Positions 56,392-64,000 of a DNA stretch of 64,000 nt are shown here, piece after piece. The position numbers were made by a program, and so were the translations under genes. The DNA comes from Clostridia bacterium (GTDB taxonomy: Bacteria > Bacillota > Clostridia > Oscillospirales > Acutalibacteraceae). Position 1 is the first letter of the stretch. Each line of letters opens with the position of its first letter. The notes below the pieces were generated by a model. That model was not told the DNA's origin and made no database searches. It worked only from the letters and a program-made list of their open reading frames with translations. The DNA is taken from assembly GCA_017430145.1 (NCBI GenBank), contig JAFRNP010000131.1, positions 8,885 through 72,884 on the forward strand, in the 5' to 3' direction.

Positions 56392-57585
56392 TCATGATTT
56401 ATAAAAAAAAGATTGAAAGATCCTGCCAAGCGCATCAAAAAACGACAGTCGGTCCACGGATTGTGCAGCCGTCAGATCCAGTTGGGCGATCTGACGGTCC
56501 CCGACATAAAAGACTGCGCCGCCCAGTTTTGTCCCTTTTTCCACGGGAGCCTCCACGATCTGCTCAACCGACAGTTCCATATGCACCTCCGCGCTCTGCC
56601 CTTTTTTCAGAAGGACGGCGTCCCCATCGGAAACGTTCAGTTTCAGTGTATCCTGCTTTCCGTGCCGAACCGTCACGATCCCTGCGGCGGCGGGATCCAG
56701 CGACGGTGTAAAAACCTCATACTGGGAAAAACCGTGATCCAGAAGCAGACGGGCGGCATCAAACCGTTCGTTGGAATTTGCTGCGCCCATTACGACGGCG
56801 ATCAGGCACATGCCGTCCCTTTCGGCCACTGCGCTGATACAGCAGCCTGCTTTTGCCGTGGTGCCGGTCTTGAGCCCGACCGCCCCGGGATAAAAGCGGA
56901 TCAGCCTGTTGGTATTGACCAGCTGGGTCTCGCCGCCGCGCAGCGTATCCATCCATATCGTGGTATAATCGGTGATAAAGCCGACGTTCATCAGCGCTCT
57001 TGACATCAGGGCTACGTCATATGCTGTCGTCAGATGCGTTTCGGTATCGTCATCCAGGCCCGTACAGTTGTCAAAATGGGTGTCTTTCATCCCAAGCGCC
57101 TGCGCTTTTTGATTCATCAGGCCGACAAACGCCGTTTCACTGCCGGCTACGGCCTCGCCGAGAAGCGTACAGGCGTCGTTTGCGGAATAGACGGCAGTCG
57201 CCTTCAAAAGGTCCCGGACCGTCATCTCCTCCCCTTCCTTCAGCCAGATCTGAGAACCGCCCTTTGCTGCCGCCGTCGCCGAACACGTAAGCTTTTTGTC
57301 AAAGGTCAGTTTTCCCGCTTCGATCGCTTCGCTGACCAGAAGCAGGCTCATGATTTTTGTGACGGATGCGGGATAAAGGAGCGTATTCTCATTAGATGCG
57401 GCAAGCACAGCCCCGGTATCTCTGTCCATAAGCACATACGACTTCGCATGGAGCTTGCCGGATACGGAATCGGGCAAAGGCTCCAGAACCGGCATTGCCG
57501 AGCCTTCCTCGGCAAAGGCAAAAACGGGGCAAAGGAACAGTAAAAAAAATACAAAAACAAATAAAAGTGAAGCTGTTTTTTTCAT
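56392..57585 (-). CDS. D-alanyl-D-alanine carboxypeptidase (PBP5/DacB-like, S11) with PBP5_C-like domain
   Basis: Signal peptide; SVTKIMS (SxxK), SAN, KTGTT; a beta-rich C-terminal domain. Confidence 0.85.
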   Translation of the reverse strand: MKKTASLLFVFVFFLLFLCPVFAFAEEGSAMPVLEPLPDSVSGKLHAKSYVLMDRDTGAVLAASNENTLLYPASVTKIMSLLLVSEAIEAGKLTFDKKLTCSATAAAKGGSQIWLKEGEEMTVRDLLKATAVYSANDACTLLGEAVAGSETAFVGLMNQKAQALGMKDTHFDNCTGLDDDTETHLTTAYDVALMSRALMNVGFITDYTTIWMDTLRGGETQLVNTNRLIRFYPGAVGLKTGTTAKAGCCISAVAERDGMCLIAVVMGAANSNERFDAARLLLDHGFSQYEVFTPSLDPAAAGIVTVRHGKQDTLKLNVSDGDAVLLKKGQSAEVHMELSVEQIVEAPVEKGTKLGGAVFYVGDRQIAQLDLTAAQSVDRLSFFDALGRIFQSFFYKS

Positions 57586-57643
57586 TAAACTCCCTCCTTT
57601 TGCTATTTATATTCCGCCAAAGAAGCAAAAAACACAAAACCCG

Positions 57644-57672
57644 TTGAAAAACAGGCGGAATTGTATTACAAT
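57644..57672 (+). promoter_or_regulatory. Sigma-A-type promoter candidate for mtaB
   Basis: TTGAAA (57644-57649), 17 nt spacer, TACAAT (57667-57672). Confidence 0.5.
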
Positions 57673-57740
57673 AAAAAAGAAAGGAAACGCCGCCTTCAAC
57701 TGCGTTTGATACACAGTTGCGGCGGCAGGGGTAACAGCAG

Positions 57741-59039
57741 ATGAAAAAAGTCGCGTTTGTCACACTCGGCTGTAAAGTAAACCAATATGAAACCAACGAG
57801 CTTTCGGCACTGCTTGCAGAGTACGGGTACGGTACGGTCGGCGTCAATGAGGACGCGGACGTATACGTGGTCAATTCCTGCTGCGTCACCGGCGAAAGCG
57901 GCCGAAAATCCCGGCAGGCCGTACGGCGGCTGCGCGCTGCCCATCCCGGCGCCGTCATCGTGCTCACCGGCTGTTTCCCGCAGGCGTTCCCGGAGGAAGC
58001 GGCGCTGAATGAAGCGGACATTATTATCGGGAACAGGACGAACAGAAAACTGCCGGCGCTTCTTGACTGCTTCTTTTCAAAACAGGAACAGCGTACGCTG
58101 ATCCTCCCGCACAGACGGGAGGACCCGTATGACGGCGTACCGATCCGCGATATGCGTGCGCACACCCGCGCTTTCGTTAAGATCCAGGACGGCTGCAACC
58201 GGTACTGTACCTACTGCATTATTCCGAAATCCCGCGGTTTTTCGCGTTCCAGATCCCCGGAAGATATCCGTCTTGAGCTTTCTTCACTTTCAAAAAACGG
58301 GTATCGGGAGATCGTTTTCGTCGGGATCAATCTCTCTGCCTACGGCAGGGATATCGGGCTAACCCTTGCCGACGCCGTCAGGATCGCCCAGGAAAAGCCC
58401 GGCATCGAACGCGTAAGGCTCGGTTCCCTCGAACCGGACCATATTACGGACGATCTGATCGAAACACTTGCAGGGATGGATAAATTCTGCCCGCAGTTCC
58501 ACCTATCCCTGCAAAGCGGGTGCGATAAAACGCTCAAACGGATGAACCGGCATTATACGGCGCAGGAATTTGCGGCGCTGACTGCAAAACTGCGGGACGT
58601 GTTCGAAGACGTTTCGCTGACCACCGACGTGATCGTGGGATTCCCGGGGGAAACGGAAGAAGACTTTGCCAAAAGCTGCGATTTCGTAAAAGAGCAGCGG
58701 TTTATGAAGGTCCATATTTTCCCGTATTCCGCAAGAGAGGGCACGCCTGCAGCAGGCTATCCCGATCAGATCCCTCAGGAGATCAAGGCCGCCCGCGCTT
58801 CTCACCTGCAGGCGATCTGCGAACCGATCCGTATGGAATGTCTGCGTGCGCTCACAGGCAGCGTCCGGGAGGTCCTGTTTGAAACGCCGAAGGGCGGGCG
58901 GCAGCGCGGCTACACCAAAAACTACACCCCCGTTTCTGTTAAATCAGACGAAGCGCTTTGCGGCCGGATACTGCCTGTCCTGATCACGGGCACAGACGGA
59001 CAGCAATGCACGGGAGAGCTGACTGCGGACACTTTATGA
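57741..59039 (+). CDS. mtaB: tRNA (t6A37) methylthiotransferase MtaB (radical SAM, MiaB-like)
   Basis: MKKVAFVTLGCKVNQYETN; cluster GCNRYCTYCIIP; a C-terminal TRAM-like segment. Confidence 0.85.
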   Translation: MKKVAFVTLGCKVNQYETNELSALLAEYGYGTVGVNEDADVYVVNSCCVTGESGRKSRQAVRRLRAAHPGAVIVLTGCFPQAFPEEAALNEADIIIGNRTNRKLPALLDCFFSKQEQRTLILPHRREDPYDGVPIRDMRAHTRAFVKIQDGCNRYCTYCIIPKSRGFSRSRSPEDIRLELSSLSKNGYREIVFVGINLSAYGRDIGLTLADAVRIAQEKPGIERVRLGSLEPDHITDDLIETLAGMDKFCPQFHLSLQSGCDKTLKRMNRHYTAQEFAALTAKLRDVFEDVSLTTDVIVGFPGETEEDFAKSCDFVKEQRFMKVHIFPYSAREGTPAAGYPDQIPQEIKAARASHLQAICEPIRMECLRALTGSVREVLFETPKGGRQRGYTKNYTPVSVKSDEALCGRILPVLITGTDGQQCTGELTADTL

Positions 59040-59096
59040 CCGTCTGCGGGCTATCCTTTATTCAGCCTTTTATCCAATACTGTAAATAACAGCAAA

Positions 59097-59128
59097 CCGG
59101 CGGCAGAGAATAGGTTCTCTGCCGCCGG
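59097..59128. terminator. 14-bp hairpin between convergent mtaB and upp
   Basis: CCGGCGGCAGAGAA (59097-59110) pairs with TTCTCTGCCGCCGG (59115-59128), loop TAGG. Flanking A/T runs are weak. Confidence 0.55.
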
Positions 59129-59146
59129 CGATCTGTATGCTGACGG

Positions 59147-59776
59147 TTATTTTGTGCCGAAGATCCTGTCGCCGGCGTCGCCGAGCCCGGGTACGATATA
59201 GCCGTGCTCATTCAGGCATTCATCGAGCGCGGCGCAATAAATATCCACGTCCGGATGTGCCTCTGAAAGCGCCTTTAATCCTTCGGGGGCAGCGATCGTG
59301 CACATAAACTTGATATTTTTGGGCCCGCGTTTTTTGATCTGTGTGATGGCGTCGATCGCCGAACCGCCGGTGGCGCACATGGGATCCACCACGATCACGT
59401 CGCGTTCCTCGATATCATGCGGCAGCTTGCAATAATACTCGACGGGCTTCAGAGTTTCGGGGTCCCGGTACAGGCCGATATGCCCGACGCGCGCAGATGG
59501 GATCAGCGCCGTTACGCCGTCCACCATACCGAGGCCGGCGCGGAGGATCGGAATGATCGCGAGCTTTTTGCCGGAGAGCTTTTTGACCTTCGCCATCGCA
59601 ACGGGCGTCTCCACCTCAATCTCTACAAGCTCAAGATCCCGGGTCGCCTCATAACACATAAGCATGGCGATCTCACTGATCAGGGAGCGGAATTCCTTGG
59701 ATGCGGTGTTTTTATCTCTGAGAATGGAGAGCTTGTGCTGAATAAGCGGATGGTTGGTAATGGTGATATTCGACAT
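59147..59776 (-). CDS. upp: Uracil phosphoribosyltransferase
   Basis: [16 protein letters not shown]...ILRAGLGM...[11 protein letters not shown]...[17 protein letters not shown]. Confidence 0.92.
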   Translation of the reverse strand: MSNITITNHPLIQHKLSILRDKNTASKEFRSLISEIAMLMCYEATRDLELVEIEVETPVAMAKVKKLSGKKLAIIPILRAGLGMVDGVTALIPSARVGHIGLYRDPETLKPVEYYCKLPHDIEERDVIVVDPMCATGGSAIDAITQIKKRGPKNIKFMCTIAAPEGLKALSEAHPDVDIYCAALDECLNEHGYIVPGLGDAGDRIFGTK

Positions 59777-59806
59777 TTTCTCTTCCCCTTTTCCTTCGTT
59801 TTCTTA

Positions 59807-59835
59807 ATTATAAGCCATTATCTCAAAAAATGCAA
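59807..59835 (-). promoter_or_regulatory. Sigma-A-type promoter candidate for upp
   Basis: Minus strand: TTGCAT (59830-59835), 17 nt spacer, TATAAT (59807-59812). Confidence 0.5.
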
Positions 59836-59869
59836 GAACAAAGTCGCATCCGCACCTGATTTTTGGAAA

Positions 59870-60310
59870 TTATTGCATATTCTCGATCTCTGTGATCTGG
59901 TCGACGCGTTTCTGATGTCTGCCGCCTTCAAATGCAGTAGAAAGAAATACGTCCACAAGCTCGTTTGCGGCGCCGGGGCCGATGACCCGCGCACCGAGGC
60001 ACAACACATTTGCATCGTTGTGAAGACGCGTATACTTGGCGCTGAAATAATCGCTGCAGCACGCGGCGCGGATCCCGCGGACCTTGTTGGCGGCCATGGA
60101 GATACCGATACCCGTGCCGCAGCACAGGACCGCTTTTTCACATACGCCCGAAACCACAAGGTCGCAAGCCTTTTTCGCCTGATACGGATAGTCGACAGAT
60201 GCGGGGGAATAGGCGCCGCAATCGACATAAAGGATCCCCTTTTCATCCAAAAACTGTTTGATGGACTCCTTCAGCGGGAATCCGGCGTGGTCAGAACTCA
60301 ATGCGATCAT
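59870..60310 (-). CDS. rpiB: Ribose-5-phosphate isomerase B
   Basis: MIALSSDHAGFPLKE...CGTGIGISMAANKVRGIRAA (LacAB/RpiB). Confidence 0.9.
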   Translation of the reverse strand: MIALSSDHAGFPLKESIKQFLDEKGILYVDCGAYSPASVDYPYQAKKACDLVVSGVCEKAVLCCGTGIGISMAANKVRGIRAACCSDYFSAKYTRLHNDANVLCLGARVIGPGAANELVDVFLSTAFEGGRHQKRVDQITEIENMQ

Positions 60311-61026
60311 ACTGTAGTCTCCTCCTTCATCAATCGCGCCGCCCGTTCCCGCTCAGCCTGCGCGAGACGCAGATAGTCGGGAGCAAGAAGCGAAGCGTCA
60401 ATTCCTTGTTCTCCGTTATTATAACGCATAAAAGCCGCAAATGCAACAGCACCCGCGCGCTGAAAACGGAAAATTTCCGGAAATCTGCGATAAAATACAC
60501 GTTCCGTGTCAAAATTCGCCGCCGCCACATCCGTTCCGTCCCCGATCAGAAGGGGCTTTTGGGGATACGCACGCAGCAGGGAGACGAGCGCGTCCAGCTT
60601 CATAGGCGCATCCGGCGTCAAACGCTGCGGCGCGCCGTTTTCAAACCGGAACAGCGCGGCGTAGACCTGCTGGCAGCGGGCGTCCATCACCGGACAGATC
60701 AGTTCACCCTCGATGCCTGCCGCCCACGCCATCGCCTCAAGCGTGGAGATCCCGTACACCGGGATATCCTGCGGAAAGCTGAGCCCCTTAACGGCAGATA
60801 CCCCGATACGCACACCGGTAAAGGAACCGGGGCCGCTGGCGACCGCAAGCGCGTCGATCTCTCCGATCGAAGCCCCGGCGCGGTCGAGGCAATCCCGAAC
60901 CAAAGGCAGCAGCGTTTCGGAATGCGTAAGCCCCGTATTAAGATATGCTTCACTGATGATCTTTCCGTCCTTTGCAACGGCGGCGGACGCCGCGAGCGCA
61001 GAGGATTCCAACGCAAGTATCAACAT
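60307..61026 (-). CDS. tsaB: tRNA t6A biosynthesis protein TsaB
   Basis: MLILALESSALAASAAV...GPGSFTGVRIGVS; 4-nt overlap with rpiB. Confidence 0.85.
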   Translation of the reverse strand: MLILALESSALAASAAVAKDGKIISEAYLNTGLTHSETLLPLVRDCLDRAGASIGEIDALAVASGPGSFTGVRIGVSAVKGLSFPQDIPVYGISTLEAMAWAAGIEGELICPVMDARCQQVYAALFRFENGAPQRLTPDAPMKLDALVSLLRAYPQKPLLIGDGTDVAAANFDTERVFYRRFPEIFRFQRAGAVAFAAFMRYNNGEQGIDASLLAPDYLRLAQAERERAARLMKEETTV

Positions 61027-61451
61027 CAGAAACCGCTCCCCTTCACTGTGATGATCCGTTGCGTCTCCGCAGGCGTCTTTGCGATATCGATCTCAAAGAA
61101 CGGAGGCGACAAAAAGGACCGGATATTTTCGCTCCACTCCACAAACAGGATGCTGTCCGCGCCGAGATAATCGAAAAAACCGGTGGAGAACAGGTCCTCC
61201 ACGCTGTCAACACGGTACATATCGAAATGATAAATGTGCGGATCGCCGCCGTAATCATTTACAAGCGCAAACGTAGGGCTTGAAACAAAAGCGTCGTTGC
61301 CGTACGCCTGCAGCGCCCCGCGCATAAACGTGGTCTTACCGGCGCCCATATCGCCGGTGAACAGAACCAAAGACCCCGACGGGATCTTTTTGCAGATCTC
61401 CTGCGCGATCCTGCCGGTCTCAGCCTCAGAATCTGAAATAAACGTCTGCAT
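61026..61451 (-). CDS. tsaE: tRNA t6A biosynthesis ATPase TsaE
   Basis: LFTGDMGAGKTTF...SPTFALVNDY...HFDMYR. Confidence 0.85.
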   Translation of the reverse strand: MQTFISDSEAETGRIAQEICKKIPSGSLVLFTGDMGAGKTTFMRGALQAYGNDAFVSSPTFALVNDYGGDPHIYHFDMYRVDSVEDLFSTGFFDYLGADSILFVEWSENIRSFLSPPFFEIDIAKTPAETQRIITVKGSGF

Positions 61452-61477
61452 GCTTTCAACTCCGAAAAAAAATGGTA

Positions 61478-61506
61478 TTGAAAAAAAGAAAAAAGAATTG
61501 TATAAT
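61478..61506 (+). promoter_or_regulatory. Sigma-A-type promoter candidate for ftsW/rodA
   Basis: TTGAAA (61478-61483), 17 nt spacer, TATAAT (61501-61506). Confidence 0.5.
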
Positions 61507-61549
61507 GGGAACAGATTTCAGAAAACCGGATGGGAGTTTCAGAATATAG

Positions 61550-62737
61550 ATGAAAAACTTGATCTACCGGCTGCGCACCGTGATCCGTGAAACGGATTTT
61601 GCGCTGCTGCTTCTGTGTATCCTGACGTCAGCTTACGGCGTCGTCATGGTATACTCCGCCACACGGCCCGATATGCTGATAGAGGGAGGCGTCATCTCCC
61701 GTGACACCCGCGCCATGCTGATCGCCGTGGGCGCCGGGCTTTTGATGGCGATTGTGATCTCGTTTATCGATTATAACATTATTACAAAGCTGTATCCTGC
61801 CATCGCCGCCGTATGTATTGCGCTGATGCTTTTGACGCTGGTTTTCGGCGTCGGCCCCGAAGAACGCCCGGACGCAAAGACCTGGCTGAAGATCGGCGAA
61901 ACGGGCCTGTTTTTTCAGCCTTCGGAATTGCTGAAGATCGGCTTTATCATCTCATTCGGCATGCATCTGGAGCTCATCAGCGACAGGATCTCAAAACCTG
62001 TGCACATTCTTTTTCTCTGTCTGCACGCCGCGGTACCGGTCGGGCTCGTTACCCTGTCCGGCGACATGGGCAGCGCGCTGGTATTCGTGATCATCTTTGC
62101 CGTCATGATGTTCTGTGCCGGGGTAAAGCTCCGCTACTTTGCACTTGGCGCCGCGCTTGCCGCCGCCGCAGCGCCGGTCGCCTGGTATTATCTTTTCAGC
62201 GCCACGCAGAAGGACCGTTTTCTCGGTCTCATCTATCCAGACGCCTACACCGATATCATGTACCAGCAAAACATGGGCATGCGGGCGATCCGTTCCGGCG
62301 GCCTGACCGGGAAGGGGCTGTTCAGCGGCCCGCTCACACAGACCATGAACGCCATTCCCGAAGCGGAAAACGATATGATCTTTTCCTGTATCGGCGAGGA
62401 ACTGGGCTTTCTCGGCTGCGCCGCCGCGCTGCTTCTTTTGCTGCTGATCGTCGCAAGGATCATGATCGTCGGCAAGCGCTCAAAATACGGCGCCACAAAG
62501 CTCATGTGTTACGGAATGGCTGCGATGATCGCCGGGCAGACCGTCATCAACGTGGGCATGTGTCTGGTACTGCTGCCGGTCATAGGCATTACGCTGCCGT
62601 TTTTCAGCGCCGGCGGCTCCTCAAACCTGTGTATCTACATCGGGATCGGCCTGATCCTGAGCATTTACCGCTTTGATAAAGAAAAAGAGGTCGTCAATTT
62701 CCGGCTCTCCAATATCACGCCGTTTTCAAACTATTGA
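61550..62737 (+). CDS. SEDS-family peptidoglycan polymerase (FtsW/RodA/SpoVE)
   Basis: About 10 TM helices. Motifs QPSELLKI, EAENDMIFSCIGEELGF, and GITLPFFSAGGSS. Confidence 0.85.
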   Translation: MKNLIYRLRTVIRETDFALLLLCILTSAYGVVMVYSATRPDMLIEGGVISRDTRAMLIAVGAGLLMAIVISFIDYNIITKLYPAIAAVCIALMLLTLVFGVGPEERPDAKTWLKIGETGLFFQPSELLKIGFIISFGMHLELISDRISKPVHILFLCLHAAVPVGLVTLSGDMGSALVFVIIFAVMMFCAGVKLRYFALGAALAAAAAPVAWYYLFSATQKDRFLGLIYPDAYTDIMYQQNMGMRAIRSGGLTGKGLFSGPLTQTMNAIPEAENDMIFSCIGEELGFLGCAAALLLLLLIVARIMIVGKRSKYGATKLMCYGMAAMIAGQTVINVGMCLVLLPVIGITLPFFSAGGSSNLCIYIGIGLILSIYRFDKEKEVVNFRLSNITPFSNY

Positions 62738-62809
62738 ACGCGGACAAGCCCGCTGCAGGCGGCATTAATCACCGACAAATGCGTCCGTCCGGATCCGGAA
62801 ACGCTGCCT

Positions 62810-64000
62810 TTACAGCTTTTCGAGGCGGGCGGAAACCTGCATCAGTTTTTTCGTACCGCAGCTTTCAAACGCGACCTCAAGCAGAACGTCATTGCCGAGC
62901 GGCGTTGCGCTGATCACCATCCCGACGCCGAATTTCCGGTGCCGCACCGTATCGCCGGGGCTGAGCTTTTCGCTCGGTCCCGCTTTTTGTTTTTTCTCCG
63001 CGTTTTTCAGTTTTGCCATTTCGCGCGAGAGCATATCCTGAATATTCTTCTGCGGGGGACCGCCGCCCGGAGACGGTCGCTGGCCGCTGTACGCCCCGTA
63101 TCCGCCTGAACTGCCGTAACCGCCGGAGGCGCCGTAGCCGGAACTTCCGTACCCGGCAGGCTTCCCGTAACCGCCGAAGCTGCCGTATCCGCCGGAAGCG
63201 GAAGATACGACCGACGTTTTATTCAGAAGCTTTTGCGGGATCTCCTCCAGGAACATGCTCGGCGGGTTCATGGTCGATCTGCCGAACTGCATACGCGTTT
63301 TCGCGTTGGTCAGGCACAGCCGCTCCTTGGCGCGCGTGATCCCGACGTACGCGAGCCGCCGTTCTTCCTCCAGCTGCGTATCGCTGCCCACAGACTGCGC
63401 GGACGGGAACAGACCGTTTTCCATGCCGACGAGATACACCCACGGAAATTCGAGCCCTTTTGCGGCGTGCAGCGTCATCAGCGTCACCTTATCCGGCGCG
63501 TCGTCCATCGTATCGATATCGGAGAGAAGCGCGACTTCTTCCAGAAAACCTTCCAGCGTCGCCTCTTCCCCGTTTTCCTCCTCATACCGCGCGATCGTGG
63601 AAAACAGCTCGTCCAGGTTCTGCAAACGGTCCTCCTTCGTTTCGGGGTCCGCATCCAGAGACGCGACGTAACCGGTCTCGTTCATCACCGTACGGTAGGT
63701 CTCAGCGATCCCGCTGGTCAGAAGCGCCTGCGTAAAGTCGTCTATCATCCGACAAAACAGCTTGAGCTTGCCTGCCGCACGTGCCAGCGGCGCATACGAA
63801 TCCGCACTGCGCATAACGGAAAAGATGCTCTCCCCGAGCGTTGCCGCGATCTCTGCCGCATGGTTCATGGTCGTTTCGCCGATCCCGCGTTTGGGTTCGT
63901 TGATGATCCGTCTCAGACGCACGTTGTCGTTATGGTTTGCAATCACAGCAAGATAAGCGATGGCGTCCCTTATCTCCTTGCGGTCGTAAAACCGGTGCCC
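62810..64000 (-). CDS. pcrA: ATP-dependent DNA helicase PcrA/UvrD, C-terminal portion (5' end beyond window)
   Basis: The frame is open to base 64000 (…FYDRKEIRDAIAYLAVIANHND…). Motifs are RIINEPKRGIGETT, TLMTLHAAKGLEFP and YVGITRAKERL. The Tudor-like C-terminal domain is HRKFGVGMVIS. Confidence 0.88.
   Translation of the reverse strand, partial: GHRFYDRKEIRDAIAYLAVIANHNDNVRLRRIINEPKRGIGETTMNHAAEIAATLGESIFSVMRSADSYAPLARAAGKLKLFCRMIDDFTQALLTSGIAETYRTVMNETGYVASLDADPETKEDRLQNLDELFSTIARYEEENGEEATLEGFLEEVALLSDIDTMDDAPDKVTLMTLHAAKGLEFPWVYLVGMENGLFPSAQSVGSDTQLEEERRLAYVGITRAKERLCLTNAKTRMQFGRSTMNPPSMFLEEIPQKLLNKTSVVSSASGGYGSFGGYGKPAGYGSSGYGASGGYGSSGGYGAYSGQRPSPGGGPPQKNIQDMLSREMAKLKNAEKKQKAGPSEKLSPGDTVRHRKFGVGMVISATPLGNDVLLEVAFESCGTKKLMQVSARLEKL
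63055..63215. repeat. Degenerate repeat encoding a G/S/Y-rich low-complexity tract in PcrA
   Basis: CCGTA(A/T/G)CC(G/C)CC-type units recur on the plus strand. The minus-strand translation is SASGGYGSFGGYGKPAGYGSSGYGASGGYGSSGGYGAYSGQRPSPGGGPP. Confidence 0.7.

Noticed and set aside
61813-62676. 287-aa Arg-rich ORF in an alternative plus-strand frame inside ftsW/rodA
   Set aside because: The composition (R/A/G/P/H) is typical of an off-frame reading of GC-rich coding DNA. The annotated frame gives a canonical 10-TM SEDS protein.
62738-62809. Terminator between convergent ftsW/rodA and pcrA
   Set aside because: Only short imperfect stems are present (GCCCGC/GCGGC, and UCCG/CGGA within tandem TCCGGA palindromes), with no U-tracts. 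That is not enough to call a feature.
1-64000. Search for tRNA/rRNA genes, transposases, integrases, phage genes, toxin-antitoxin pairs or defence systems
   Set aside because: No T-loop-like GGTTCGAATCC/GGTTCAAATCC strings or rRNA-like segments were noticed. Every ORF over 100 aa that I accept has a housekeeping or metabolic assignment. No DDE/serine/tyrosine recombinase motifs were seen. This was a visual scan only; tRNAscan-SE and Infernal would be decisive.

Overview
Dense, mostly housekeeping chromosome segment from a spore-forming Firmicute of class Clostridia. spoVT, ytfJ/gerW, DUF2953 and remA support sporulation. A dockerin-like module hints at an Oscillospiraceae/Ruminococcaceae-like organism, which is inference only. 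I call about 64 protein genes. All but six (spoVT, prsA-like, one Gfo/Idh/MocA gene, a DapA-family gene, mtaB, ftsW/rodA) are on the minus strand, and many are joined by 1-8 nt overlaps. I found no rRNA, tRNA, CRISPR array, transposase, integrase or prophage signature. Conserved blocks, in window order: spoVT / prsA-like foldase; ftsE-ftsX-M23 hydrolase; PucR-type regulator; rsuA; rsmD-coaD-coiled-coil protein; uvrC; ptsH; rimM-trmD; the Firmicute cluster priA-def-fmt-(Zn peptidase)-rsmB-rlmN-stp-prkC-rsgA; yicC-remA-gmk-rpoZ; rluB; scpA-scpB-DUF2953-ytfJ; DUF1385-prmC-M50 protease; ispF, cdaA-cdaR; aminotransferase; DUF512-der; yceD-rpmF; pgi; dacB-like; mtaB; tsaE-tsaB-rpiB-upp; ftsW/rodA; pcrA (3' part). 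One stretch, about 15.7-22.9 kb, looks accessory (sugar/phospho-sugar enzymes, GH43, a tyrosine phosphatase) and is spliced directly onto rimM-trmD. I do not see a clear-cut novel multi-gene system. The leads most worth a second look: (1) the c-di-AMP cyclase operon runs into an unknown lipoprotein plus a two-component system instead of glmM; (2) a dockerin-tagged DD-carboxypeptidase sits where rplS would normally follow trmD; (3) two unannotated small ORFs have structured leaders (a 48-aa two-TM peptide and a Cys-containing secreted-type peptide); (4) a minimal P-loop protein lies behind pgi; (5) several housekeeping proteins carry unusual low-complexity inserts (PcrA G/S/Y tract, split parvulin domain). 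All functional calls rest on motif recognition by eye; no database search was run.
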